Of a stretch of 64,000 nucleotides of DNA, positions 18,429 through 27,207 are shown piece by piece. The position numbers were made by a program, and so were the translations under genes. The notes under the pieces are model-generated. The model was given only the letters and a program-made list of their open reading frames with translations, had not been told where the DNA came from and ran no database searches. Source of the stretch: Vampirovibrio sp. (GTDB lineage Bacteria > Cyanobacteriota > Vampirovibrionia > Vampirovibrionales > JAJTHC01); the NCBI GenBank assembly GCA_050916035.1, contig CP050876.1:700727-764726 (forward strand). Reading direction: 5' to 3'. Numbering within the stretch: the first letter of the stretch is position 1; each line of letters opens with the position of its first letter.

Positions 18429-19211
18429 ATGAATCGCTTGCGGGGAATTTTACTTGCTCTGCTGGTTTTTATGGCTTGGGGAACCCCTTGCGTCATGAAA
18501 GCGGCTTCTTTGTCGTGGCCGCTTCGTTCGTCTCCTCCCGTGGTGGAGACTTCTCCTCTGCAAAAAGAGCAAGACGCTTTAAAGGCGTATGCGGAAGGGG
18601 TACGGCTCTTTCAGGCCGCACAAGCCACCGAAACGCAAAGCCCTGCCTCCGTGATTCAACTTAAAAAGCAAGCGCAAAAGGCCTTTGAACAGGCGGTGTT
18701 TTTGAATCCTAATTTGGTGGAAGCACACGCCAACTGGGGCTATTTGTGCTTGAGTCAAAACCACCCAAAGCAAGCGTTGCTTCATTTTCAACAGGCCTTA
18801 ATGCTTCGCCCGCAGGATGAAACCGCGATGTCAGGCTTGGCCGTGGCCTTGCATGAATCGGGACAGTCTGACCAAGCCATTGAAACGTTTTTAAAATTGA
18901 CGCAATACTACCCGCAGGTCGAACGTCATTGGTTTAATTTAGGGACGATTTATCAGGCCCTTCATGCCAATGAAAAGGCCATCGCAGCCTATCAAGAAGC
19001 CTTGTTACGCAATCCGAAGCATCCTCCTTCCTTTTTTAATCTGGCCACGGTGTATCATGAACAAGACCAACGCGCTCAAGCGTGGCGGTATTATGAACGC
19101 TGTATTCAAATGAATCCTGGTTCGGCGTTGGCCTTGCAAGCGCAGCATCGACTCAAAATGTTAGAGGCACCGCCCGTGTCTTCCTCCACTGTACCCATAA
19201 CGAAAAAGTGA
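18429..19211 (+). CDS. Secreted TPR-repeat protein
   Basis: Signal peptide MNRLRGILLALLVFMAWGTPCVMKAAS. Successive 34-aa TPR-like units (AHANWGYLCLSQNHPKQALLHFQQALMLRPQD; HWFNLGTIYQALHANEKAIAAYQEALLRNPKH; FFNLATVYHEQDQRAQAWRYYERCIQMNP). Confidence 0.8.
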   Translation: MNRLRGILLALLVFMAWGTPCVMKAASLSWPLRSSPPVVETSPLQKEQDALKAYAEGVRLFQAAQATETQSPASVIQLKKQAQKAFEQAVFLNPNLVEAHANWGYLCLSQNHPKQALLHFQQALMLRPQDETAMSGLAVALHESGQSDQAIETFLKLTQYYPQVERHWFNLGTIYQALHANEKAIAAYQEALLRNPKHPPSFFNLATVYHEQDQRAQAWRYYERCIQMNPGSALALQAQHRLKMLEAPPVSSSTVPITKK

Positions 19212-20440
19212 TGCGTATGTCCCGATCTTTTTTAAACGTGATGATTGCGAAAGGCTTACAGGGCTTGCATGTTTTGGCATTGAAGGATCGCCAAAAGTTT
19301 TATCCCTTATTGGGCTTGGCTTTATTGTCCGCCCTTTATGAAGTCTTATGCGTCAGTGTTCAAAGCCATGCCACAGGCCTGCCAACTCAGGGGGCTTCTT
19401 TGGTTTATCAAGGGGTTCAGGCCACGGTGACGCTAGGCGTTTTGTATACCTTTTTTATTTTGATGCCGCCTTTGGGGGCTTGGTTGAAGTGGACTTTTTA
19501 TAGTTTTTTCCCCCTAGGCATTTTATTGTTGTCGGGCTTAATGATTTCTCAACATCATGCGAGCTTTATTTGGTATAGTCTACCCGTGCTCATGACTTTG
19601 GCTCATTTACAGATGATTCACTCTCCTTCAAAGTGGATAGTTTCCACGGCCATCGGGATTATTTTTATTAATTTAGCCTTATTTTTACCGAGCACTACCC
19701 CTCATTTAAATCTACTGATTTTAAAGCAGAATTTTTGGGTGAGTTTCAGTAGTGGCCTTTTAAAGAGTCTGGCGTTTGTCTATTTGTTGATGTGTATGAA
19801 GCGTTATGAAGATGATATTTTGAATTTGAACCGTGTCTTGGATGTTGAAAAAAATTCGGCCAGTCAGGATGCGCTCACGGGGTTGATGAACCGTCGGAGT
19901 TTAAATAGCGTTTTGACGCGTGAAATCGCACGAAGTAAGCGAAACCAAGCACCCTTGGCCGTGGCGATGCTAGATATTGACCATTTTAAACAAATTAATG
20001 ATGTGTATGGTCATAAAACAGGGGATGATGTCTTAATTGAATTGGCTCAGTTGTTGCGTCAAAATTTAAGAGAATCCGATGTCGTGGCGCGTTATGGAGG
20101 CGAAGAATTTGCGCTCGTCTTACCCGAAACCACTTGTTTGGAAGCCTTGGCGTTGTTGGATCGTTTACGTCGTTTGGTGCAAGGGCACAGGTTTACGCGC
20201 GCAGGTAAATCGCTGAAAGTGACCATTAGTTTGGGGGTTACCCAATTTGATCCCCAACGACATGATTTAACGAGTTTATTGGAAGAAGCCGATTTGGGCC
20301 TCTATCAATCCAAACGAAGTGGACGTAATCAGGTACAGGCGTACGGCTTGGGTAAAATGAGTAATACCATGGTAGAACAACGCAGTAGTCAAGGAATGTC
20401 TTCTCCTGTACCCACCGCAACGCCCACACTTAACTCATAA
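19208..20440 (+). CDS. Membrane-anchored diguanylate cyclase (GGDEF domain)
   Basis: About 190-aa multi-TM N-terminus, then DALTGLMNRRS, MLDIDHFKQINDVYGH, RYGGEEFALVL (active GGEEF), and LYQSKRSGRNQV. ATGA-type overlap with the TPR gene. Confidence 0.85.
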   Translation: MMRMSRSFLNVMIAKGLQGLHVLALKDRQKFYPLLGLALLSALYEVLCVSVQSHATGLPTQGASLVYQGVQATVTLGVLYTFFILMPPLGAWLKWTFYSFFPLGILLLSGLMISQHHASFIWYSLPVLMTLAHLQMIHSPSKWIVSTAIGIIFINLALFLPSTTPHLNLLILKQNFWVSFSSGLLKSLAFVYLLMCMKRYEDDILNLNRVLDVEKNSASQDALTGLMNRRSLNSVLTREIARSKRNQAPLAVAMLDIDHFKQINDVYGHKTGDDVLIELAQLLRQNLRESDVVARYGGEEFALVLPETTCLEALALLDRLRRLVQGHRFTRAGKSLKVTISLGVTQFDPQRHDLTSLLEEADLGLYQSKRSGRNQVQAYGLGKMSNTMVEQRSSQGMSSPVPTATPTLNS

Positions 20441-20451
20441 GTAAGCATCAT

Positions 20452-20491
20452 AAAAGAGCCTCTATTCTGGTTGAAGGGAGGCTCTTTTTTT
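20452..20491. terminator. Bidirectional intrinsic terminator between convergent genes
   Basis: aaaAGAGCCTCtattctggttgaaggGAGGCTCTttttttt. 8-bp stem with an A-run before and T7 after. Confidence 0.7.
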
Positions 20492-20496
20492 GTTAT

Positions 20497-21981
20497 TTAT
20501 ACTTCCGAAGCATCCAGTATGACAGGGACGGGTGCTTCAATGAGCGCGTCCACAGGAGGGACCACTTTCTTAGGGCGCCCTCTCTTTTTAGGGGCTTCTA
20601 CAGGAACTGTCTCTTCCGTATTGACTACTTCAAGCGTCTCTTCAACAAGCACAGGTGTTGCTATGGCTTGCGGAAGATTCGTTAAAATGACAGGTTCAAC
20701 GGTGGATTCAACCGAGTTTGGTGTTGCTTTGGCCGTCGTTTTTTCTGCCAGTGCCTTGGCTTCTGCGGCGGCTAAATCATTGGCTTCTTGAGCCGCTTTG
20801 ACCAAGTCTTCATCGGCTAACATCCGTTGACGGGCGGCTTCAATTTCGACTTTCATCGCCTCAGGTAAATCAGGACGCCCCTCATTCCACTGGGGCAAGT
20901 TACGAGACTTACGAATCAGCTTGATGGCCACATGCACTCGCCATTCATCAATGCGTAGTTGTTTGGCCACAATTTTATGAATCCCAATGGGAGGGGTGGG
21001 CAAATAGGGTTCGTACAACATTTGAATGGCTTGTAATTGATCCGAAGACACGGCCAAGGGGCGCTTGGGTAAATCCACCTTCGGCAAATTCATTTTTTGG
21101 CGAATTAAATTCATACCAAAAAATACTTTTAAGGGGTCTAGCTGTAATTCTTCACCCACAACGGTATGGAAATCAGGGTTGGGTAAAGGCAAGCACGTTC
21201 TGTAACGTTTTTCAATTTCAGCAAGTAATTCAGGTTCGACAAACATACGACGCTGCGGCGGACGTCCCCCGCCTCCACGTGGATTGAACCCGCTTCCCGG
21301 TGGGCGACCTTGATAAGGACGGCCTTGGTTTTGGTATCCACCACGATTTTGGTATCCACCACCACCAGCGCCTTGGCCTTGGTATCCGCCACCGCCAGTG
21401 CCTTGGCCTTGGTATCCACCACGATTTTGGTATCCACCCCCGCCAGCGCCTTGGCCTTGGTATCCACCACGATTTTGGTATCCACCACCACCAGCGCCTT
21501 GGCCTTGGTATCCACCACGATTTTGGTATCCACCACCACCAGCGCCTTGGCCTTGGTATCCACCACGATTTTGGTATCCGCCACCACCAGCGCCTTGGCC
21601 TTGGTATCCACCACGATTTTGGTATCCGCCACCACCAGCGCCTTGGCCTTGGTATCCGCCTTGATTTTGGTATCCACCACCGCCACCACCTTGGTTTTGG
21701 TATCCACCGCGGTTTTGGTATCCGCCACCACCACCTTGGCTTTGGTATCCGCCGCGGTTTTGGTAATTGTTTTGTCTCGGTGCATAGTTGGAACGTTGAT
21801 CTCCCCCTCCCTCAGGGGCTGAACCGTAGCCACCTTCAGGCTGAAATCCATTTTGCATGGGGGCATTACTTAGCGGTTCTTCTGGCGCACGTGTTTTATA
21901 TAGGCAATCAGGACAAATAATACGTTTGGGGTTCTTGGTTTCAAAGGTAATACCACACTTGGAACAATTGTTTTCGTACAT
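20497..21981 (-). CDS. Zinc-ribbon / RGG-GGYQ low-complexity / duplicated helical domain / AT-hook protein (function unknown, probable nucleic-acid binder)
   Basis: N-terminus CSKCGITFETKNPKRIICPDC (CxxC-x15-CxxC). Residues ~45-235 are GGYQNRGGYQGQGAGGGG repeats. Two ~55-aa related segments (LLAEIEKRYRTCLPLPNPDFHTVVGEELQLDPLKVFFGMNLIRQK and LQAIQMLYEPYLPTPPIGIHKIVAKQLRIDEWRVHVAIKLIRKS). KKRGRPKK encoded at 20566-20589. Confidence 0.75.
   Translation of the reverse strand: MYENNCSKCGITFETKNPKRIICPDCLYKTRAPEEPLSNAPMQNGFQPEGGYGSAPEGGGDQRSNYAPRQNNYQNRGGYQSQGGGGGYQNRGGYQNQGGGGGGYQNQGGYQGQGAGGGGYQNRGGYQGQGAGGGGYQNRGGYQGQGAGGGGYQNRGGYQGQGAGGGGYQNRGGYQGQGAGGGGYQNRGGYQGQGTGGGGYQGQGAGGGGYQNRGGYQNQGRPYQGRPPGSGFNPRGGGGRPPQRRMFVEPELLAEIEKRYRTCLPLPNPDFHTVVGEELQLDPLKVFFGMNLIRQKMNLPKVDLPKRPLAVSSDQLQAIQMLYEPYLPTPPIGIHKIVAKQLRIDEWRVHVAIKLIRKSRNLPQWNEGRPDLPEAMKVEIEAARQRMLADEDLVKAAQEANDLAAAEAKALAEKTTAKATPNSVESTVEPVILTNLPQAIATPVLVEETLEVVNTEETVPVEAPKKRGRPKKVVPPVDALIEAPVPVILDASEV
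21331..21770 (-). repeat. 48-bp (16-codon) tandem repeat array inside the coding sequence, with degenerate flanking units
   Basis: The motif ccacgatttt recurs at 21419, 21467, 21515, 21563 and 21611, an exact 48-bp period. Unit: ttggtatccaccacgattttggtatccaccaccaccagcgccttggcc. Looser copies lie on both sides. Confidence 0.9.
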
Positions 21982-22700
21982 GCGCTCAACATAAGCCTCT
22001 ATTTATTTTATAAATCTTATAAATCGTAATAACGATGATGTTATATCAGGTTTAAAGTGTTAAATGATTAGGGTCAGGGTGCAAATTTGTATTTTATTTA
22101 ATCTATTTAACGCGTACAATCCTCTTTTTTAGTCTTTATATAATATTTTGACGTGAATGAAGGTTTTTGAAATTTTAAACATAAAGCCTAAAATGGGCTA
22201 ATTAAGGATAAAACCAATGAAGGTTAGATAAAATCTAAAGTGAAAACATATATTTTTTAATATGATTAAACGGCGTACTTTATATTTAATTTGCTTTGAA
22301 AATAAATTAAGATATTATTTTTGATCACTCTTACTTATGAACGGCTTGTCAGTGATGTGCAGTTAATTAACTGAAAGTATAGCACAGTATTTTTAAGTAA
22401 AACATAAAATTCACGTAAAGAACACTTCTTATTTTAAGATTAGGCACCAAAATATCTTCTTATTTTATAATTCTAACATATAAAAAGGTGAGTTTCTTAA
22501 AATTGTAACATTTACTTTTGCATTTATTTTTTTAAATAAAGGTGATTTATTTTGATTTCAAAGGCTTTTTATCATGTTTTGACTGTGTTTTTCGCCCAAG
22601 AATATTTGTTACATTTAAGAGCTCCCCCGAAAGGTGGGTTTAATTCATAATGAAACTACGTTAAGATAGAAATGCCGTTTATTTAATTACATGGAAAGGA

Positions 22701-23576
22701 ATGAGTTATGCTATGCCAAACGCTAAAGCGGATTACCATATGCACACCGTTTTTTCGGATGGTTCGTCTCAGCCTGAAGCTTTACTAGAGGCGGTGGCCG
22801 CACAAGGGGTAGAGATCGTGGCGGTGACGGATCATGACACCACAGCGGGCTACGAACGCCTCGTTCCCAAGGCGGAAGCTCTTGGACTTACTTTAATACG
22901 TAGTATTGAAATCAATACCCATTGGGGTAAGGAAGATTTACACGTATTGGGCTATTATATTGACGATACTAAATCTTATATTCAGGACGTGATGCGAGAG
23001 CATCAAGCGAATCGTCGGGTGCAGATTAAAGCCATGGTGGAAAAAATTGCACGCAATACCAATATTCAAATTACGCCTGATGACGTTTTTGGATTGTCTC
23101 ACCCTGAAGGCGCGATTGGTCGGCCTCATGTGGCGAAAGTGCTTTGTGAGAAAAAAGCGGTTCGTAATATGTCAGAAGCCTTCAATAAATTTTTAAAATC
23201 GAATTCAGGGACTTATGTGAGTCGCCTAACAGTGGCGCCTCATGAAGCGGTGGAAGCCATTTATGAAAGTGGGGGGATCCCCGTGGTGGCTCATCCAGGC
23301 CTGACAGAAGGCATTGCTAAATTGATTCCAGAATTAATTAGTTATGGATTAATGGGTTTGGAAGCGTATCATAAAAGTCATATTCCTCCTGTTATTGAAT
23401 ATTTTTGTACGCTTGCCGAAGAACATGACTTACTGGTGACAGGCGGAACGGATTTTCACGGGACACCTGAGTTATACGCCACGGCTCATCATCGTTTGGT
23501 GATGCCCCCACGGGTGAGCGAACGTTTAAAAGAAGCGCATGAAAGTCGGCATCACTCCGCCATTCAAATGGGATAG
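22701..23576 (+). CDS. PHP-domain phosphoesterase (TrpH/YciV-like)
   Basis: DYHMHTVFSDGS, VAVTDHDT, VVAHPG and GGTDFHG match the PHP metal-binding His/Asp motifs. Confidence 0.8.
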   Translation: MSYAMPNAKADYHMHTVFSDGSSQPEALLEAVAAQGVEIVAVTDHDTTAGYERLVPKAEALGLTLIRSIEINTHWGKEDLHVLGYYIDDTKSYIQDVMREHQANRRVQIKAMVEKIARNTNIQITPDDVFGLSHPEGAIGRPHVAKVLCEKKAVRNMSEAFNKFLKSNSGTYVSRLTVAPHEAVEAIYESGGIPVVAHPGLTEGIAKLIPELISYGLMGLEAYHKSHIPPVIEYFCTLAEEHDLLVTGGTDFHGTPELYATAHHRLVMPPRVSERLKEAHESRHHSAIQMG

Positions 23577-23732
23577 GGATTGGATGTCGGAGTTCGTGTC
23601 TTTGGGCTTGAATTGGCCTTGGTGTGTTGTATACACGGATTGCCCCTTTTTTTTCAACCGTTACAATAAGCTTAAAGTGTTTTATTTGGTCGGTATTCAA
23701 AAAGACCGAGCGTAAAGGAGAATCCCACGATC

Positions 23733-25067
23733 ATGAAACTTGCTGTCATTGGTTCAGGATATGTCGCAAATGTGACGGGGGCTTGTTTCGCTGCCATGGG
23801 GCATGAAGTGACGGTCGCCAGCTTGGATGTGGAGCGCATTGAACGCTTGAAAGAAGGCATTGTCCCCTTTTATGAAGAAGGCTTGGAATCCATTGTTAAA
23901 ACGGAATTGGCGAATCAACATTTGCACTATACCACTGATTTACGGGGGGCGTGTCGCGATGCTGGTATTATTTTCTTATGTTTGTCTTCCCCGCCTCTGC
24001 CTGATGGAAAGCCCGATACCAAACAATTAGCCCAAGTGTTGGAAACCATTCTGCAGGACTTTCATTCGGGGTATCGTTTATTGGTGGAGAGGCATAATTT
24101 CCCTGCGGGTACAGGAGAGTGGATCAAGAAGGAATTACAACGCTTGCGTCCTTCAGGCAGTACGGCGACGATAGAGGTGGCCAGTGTGCCTCAGTTTTTG
24201 AGAGAAGGCCATGCGGTGAATGATTTTTATCACCCTGACCGCTTGATTATTGGGGCGGAGACACAGCGTTCTAAAGAATTGTTGATGTCTCTCTATGAAG
24301 AAGTCCCTGCCCCTATTTTAATGACAGATGTCACCACGGCAGAACTGATTAAGCAAAGTACCAACGCTTTTTTAGCGATGAAAATTTCTTTTATGAATTC
24401 CATGGGTCAGTTGGCTGAAAAATGTGGCGCAGACGTTGAAATGGTGGCCAAGGGCTTGGGGATGGACAAACGTATTTCGCCTCACTTTTTGCACGCAGGC
24501 ATTGGGTATGGAGGGATCTTTCTCCCTCAAGATGTTCAATCCTTGAGCTATTTAGCGAGCCAGTATCATTTAAATTTGGATTTACTGAAAGCCACGGAAA
24601 CGGTGAATCGTTATCAACGGATTAGTTTTATTGAACGGGTGGAAAAAGCCTGCGGGGGACAATTGGCAGGGAAAACCGTCGCTATATGGGGCTTGGCCTA
24701 TCGCCCGAATACGGATGATATGCGTGATTGTCCCTCTACTCAAATTATTTGGGGCTTGCAAAACCGTGGGGCAACCGTCAAGGCCTATGATCCCATTGCC
24801 ATGCCTTCCGCCGAACATAAGGTGCGACGTGTTCAATTTTGTGAAGATTTGTATCATTGCGCCAAGGAAGCGGATGTCATTGCGATTTTGACCGAATGGC
24901 CTGAGTTTTCTCAAGTGAATTTTAGTCAATTGAGAGCGTCGACCACCTGTCGTTTAATCGTGGATGGCCGTAACCTTTTTAATCCACACCGTATGCAAGA
25001 ACAGGGTTTTACCTATTATTCGGTGGGACGAAAATCGACCTTCCCTGAAAAAACCTGCCCTTTGTAA
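23733..25067 (+). CDS. ugd: UDP-glucose 6-dehydrogenase / nucleotide-sugar dehydrogenase
   Basis: MKLAVIGSGYVANVTGACFA (Rossmann fold), EFLREGHAVNDFYHPDRLIIG, GIGYGGIFLPQDV (Cys replaced in GG-x-F/C-L-P-K-D context), GLAYRPNTDDMRDCPS. Confidence 0.8.
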   Translation: MKLAVIGSGYVANVTGACFAAMGHEVTVASLDVERIERLKEGIVPFYEEGLESIVKTELANQHLHYTTDLRGACRDAGIIFLCLSSPPLPDGKPDTKQLAQVLETILQDFHSGYRLLVERHNFPAGTGEWIKKELQRLRPSGSTATIEVASVPQFLREGHAVNDFYHPDRLIIGAETQRSKELLMSLYEEVPAPILMTDVTTAELIKQSTNAFLAMKISFMNSMGQLAEKCGADVEMVAKGLGMDKRISPHFLHAGIGYGGIFLPQDVQSLSYLASQYHLNLDLLKATETVNRYQRISFIERVEKACGGQLAGKTVAIWGLAYRPNTDDMRDCPSTQIIWGLQNRGATVKAYDPIAMPSAEHKVRRVQFCEDLYHCAKEADVIAILTEWPEFSQVNFSQLRASTTCRLIVDGRNLFNPHRMQEQGFTYYSVGRKSTFPEKTCPL

Positions 25068-25080
25068 GAGGTGTGACCCT

Positions 25081-25605
25081 ATGTCGAGCGTACCCGTTTT
25101 TTTGACTCAGTTGGGTGTGTTTCGCTTGCTAGGATTGTTTTTTTTAACGTGGGCGTCTTTTATGCTTTTTTTAAGTGTGCTTCCCTTTCAGGGCCCCGCC
25201 TTGCTGGAATGGACGTATTATGTGATGCGCGATTATAGGCATCTCCAAAAGGCACAGGTTTGCCCTCCTGAAGAGGCCTCCTCCTCATCGTCCTTGCGTT
25301 TGTGTCTAACTCAAGATCCTTTCCCCTGCCGTGCGTTAACTGACTTGCCTAAGACGTTTGCGTCGCTTCGTGTGGGGGATTCCGTTTATGTCTATGCCCC
25401 AGCCCATCAGCCTTGGAAGCGTCTTGAAATCACTTTAGGGACGCCTTTTTATTTGTTGCTAGGCATTCTGCCGTTAATGTTCTGTTTTTGGTGGGGATGG
25501 CGGATGATCCTTTCCTTTAACGTGGCCAGAGAAGGGCGCGTGAGTCCTTATGAAATGAAGCGTCGCTTGATGAGAGGTGTGTATAAGAATAAGGGGCCTC
25601 GTTAG
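25081..25605 (+). CDS. Hypothetical membrane protein
   Basis: The ATG at 25081 gives MSSVPVFLTQLGVFRLLGLFFLTWASFMLFLSVLPF (TM segments) plus a second hydrophobic pair near the C-terminus. The ORF-track start at 24964 overlaps ugd and is unlikely. Confidence 0.5.
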   Translation: MSSVPVFLTQLGVFRLLGLFFLTWASFMLFLSVLPFQGPALLEWTYYVMRDYRHLQKAQVCPPEEASSSSSLRLCLTQDPFPCRALTDLPKTFASLRVGDSVYVYAPAHQPWKRLEITLGTPFYLLLGILPLMFCFWWGWRMILSFNVAREGRVSPYEMKRRLMRGVYKNKGPR

Positions 25606-25708
25606 TGACGGGCGCTCTTCTTTACGGACGTTTTTACGGACGCTCTCTTGTTTCGGGTATACTCATCGTATTAAGCCCTTTGATTCAGCTTAGAAAGAAG
25701 CCCCCCTT

Positions 25709-27127
25709 ATGTTACACGGTAGCCTACCTTTAACGCAAGATGCCCCTACGATTGTGGCCCAAGCGACCGCTTCAGGGCCTGCGGGGGTTGCGGTTTTGCG
25801 TTTAAGTGGAACGGAGGCATGGCGTATTGCTCGCATGCTTTTTCAAGGGACGGCGCTTCAAAAAAACCGTATCGCTTACGGTCATATTGTGGATCCTCAA
25901 AGCGGGACACTGGTCGATGAGGTCATTTTACTGCCTTTTCAGGCGCCTCATAGCTTTACAGGGGAAGATGTCATTGAAATTCAATGTCATGGGGGGCAGG
26001 TTTTGCCTCAGCGTATTTTACAATTATGTTTGGCTCAGGGGGCGACGCTGGCGTCCAAGGGAGAATTTACCCGTCGCGCTTTCTTAAACGGGAAAGTGAA
26101 TCTGGCTCAAGCCGAAGCCATTGTGGATGCGATTCATGCGGAAGGTCAAGCCTTGGCGCAAGTGGCTATACAGTCTTTGCATGCCAATACCTTGGGCCAA
26201 CGATTGGGGCGTTTACGTCAGGTGTTGATTGATGTTCAGGCCGATGTGGTGGCGTCTATGGACTACCCCGAAGAAGTGGAAGAGCCGGATCGAGCGCGTT
26301 TGAATCAAAAATTAGACGCCTTGGCAGAAGAAGCGCGCACGTATACGGATCAATCTCAGCGTTATGAGCTTTTACGCCATGGATTAAAAGTGGCCTTATT
26401 AGGCCAGCCCAATGCAGGCAAGTCTTCCTTATTTAATGCCTTGTTGAGTCAAGAAAGAAGTATTGTGACCCCACTGGCGGGGACCACGCGGGACGTGGTG
26501 ACGGAACGATTGGTCGTGGCGGGGGTGCCCATTACCTTGGTGGATACGGCAGGCCTGCGGGAAAGTACCGATTTGGTAGAGCAAATGGGCGTGGCACGTA
26601 GTCAGCAAGCGTGTCAAGAGGCGGATGCCGTGCTTTATGTGGTGGATGTCACTGCCTTGGACGCCTCACCACACTTTACACTGCCTGCAGCCGATACAGA
26701 ACTCTTGTCTCAAGTGCCTTCGCATACGCCGATTTGCTGTCTATTGAATAAGGTGGATACGCTTTCCCGTGAGGCACAAATCTCCCTGAATCTTTACTAT
26801 CCTGAAAGTCTCTGTGTTTCCGCTTTGTCGGGGGTCGGTTTGCTAGCGCTTTTGGCATGGTTGGAAGAACGAGTCCATGCGGGTTTGGGCCAGACGACTC
26901 GGCAAGAGGCGGAACTGTGCTTGAATCAACGTCAGTTAGACGGCTTACAGGAAATGACCACGCATATCGAAGTGGCGCAAAGCACCCTGTTGAGCAAGGG
27001 AATGCCCTTAGACATGGTGACGATTCCTATTACGGATGCCTTGCGTGCGTTGGATGATTTATTAGGGATTGACACGTCCGAATTGGTGTTGGACGAAGTC
27101 TTTTCTCGTTTTTGTGTAGGCAAATAA
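25709..27127 (+). CDS. mnmE: tRNA modification GTPase MnmE (TrmE)
   Basis: IVAQATASGPAGVAVLRLSG, G-domain GQPNAGKSSLFNAL / DTAGLRES / NKVD, and the C-terminal CVGK motif. Confidence 0.9.
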   Translation: MLHGSLPLTQDAPTIVAQATASGPAGVAVLRLSGTEAWRIARMLFQGTALQKNRIAYGHIVDPQSGTLVDEVILLPFQAPHSFTGEDVIEIQCHGGQVLPQRILQLCLAQGATLASKGEFTRRAFLNGKVNLAQAEAIVDAIHAEGQALAQVAIQSLHANTLGQRLGRLRQVLIDVQADVVASMDYPEEVEEPDRARLNQKLDALAEEARTYTDQSQRYELLRHGLKVALLGQPNAGKSSLFNALLSQERSIVTPLAGTTRDVVTERLVVAGVPITLVDTAGLRESTDLVEQMGVARSQQACQEADAVLYVVDVTALDASPHFTLPAADTELLSQVPSHTPICCLLNKVDTLSREAQISLNLYYPESLCVSALSGVGLLALLAWLEERVHAGLGQTTRQEAELCLNQRQLDGLQEMTTHIEVAQSTLLSKGMPLDMVTIPITDALRALDDLLGIDTSELVLDEVFSRFCVGK

Positions 27128-27207
27128 AGCCCCTCAAAAAGGAAGGCCAAATCATAATATACTCATACTTTCAGATAGAAAAAAGAGATTTATCCCCTCT
27201 TCGTCAA

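Noticed and set aside
21138-21920. Four long ORFs (21138-21866 minus; 21300-21920, 21310-21822 and 21398-21664 plus) overlapping the RGG gene
   Set aside because: They are alternative-frame and antisense readings of the 48-bp tandem repeat, giving monotonous DTK/HHDFGI/LVSTT/PWPWYPP strings. Only the 20497-21981 frame has ordered N- and C-terminal domains, a start context and a terminator.
21982-22700. AT-rich tract as the chromosomal replication origin
   Set aside because: I found no TTATCCACA-type DnaA boxes on either strand by eye, and there is no dnaA, dnaN or gidA nearby. I kept it only as an unexplained AT-rich region.
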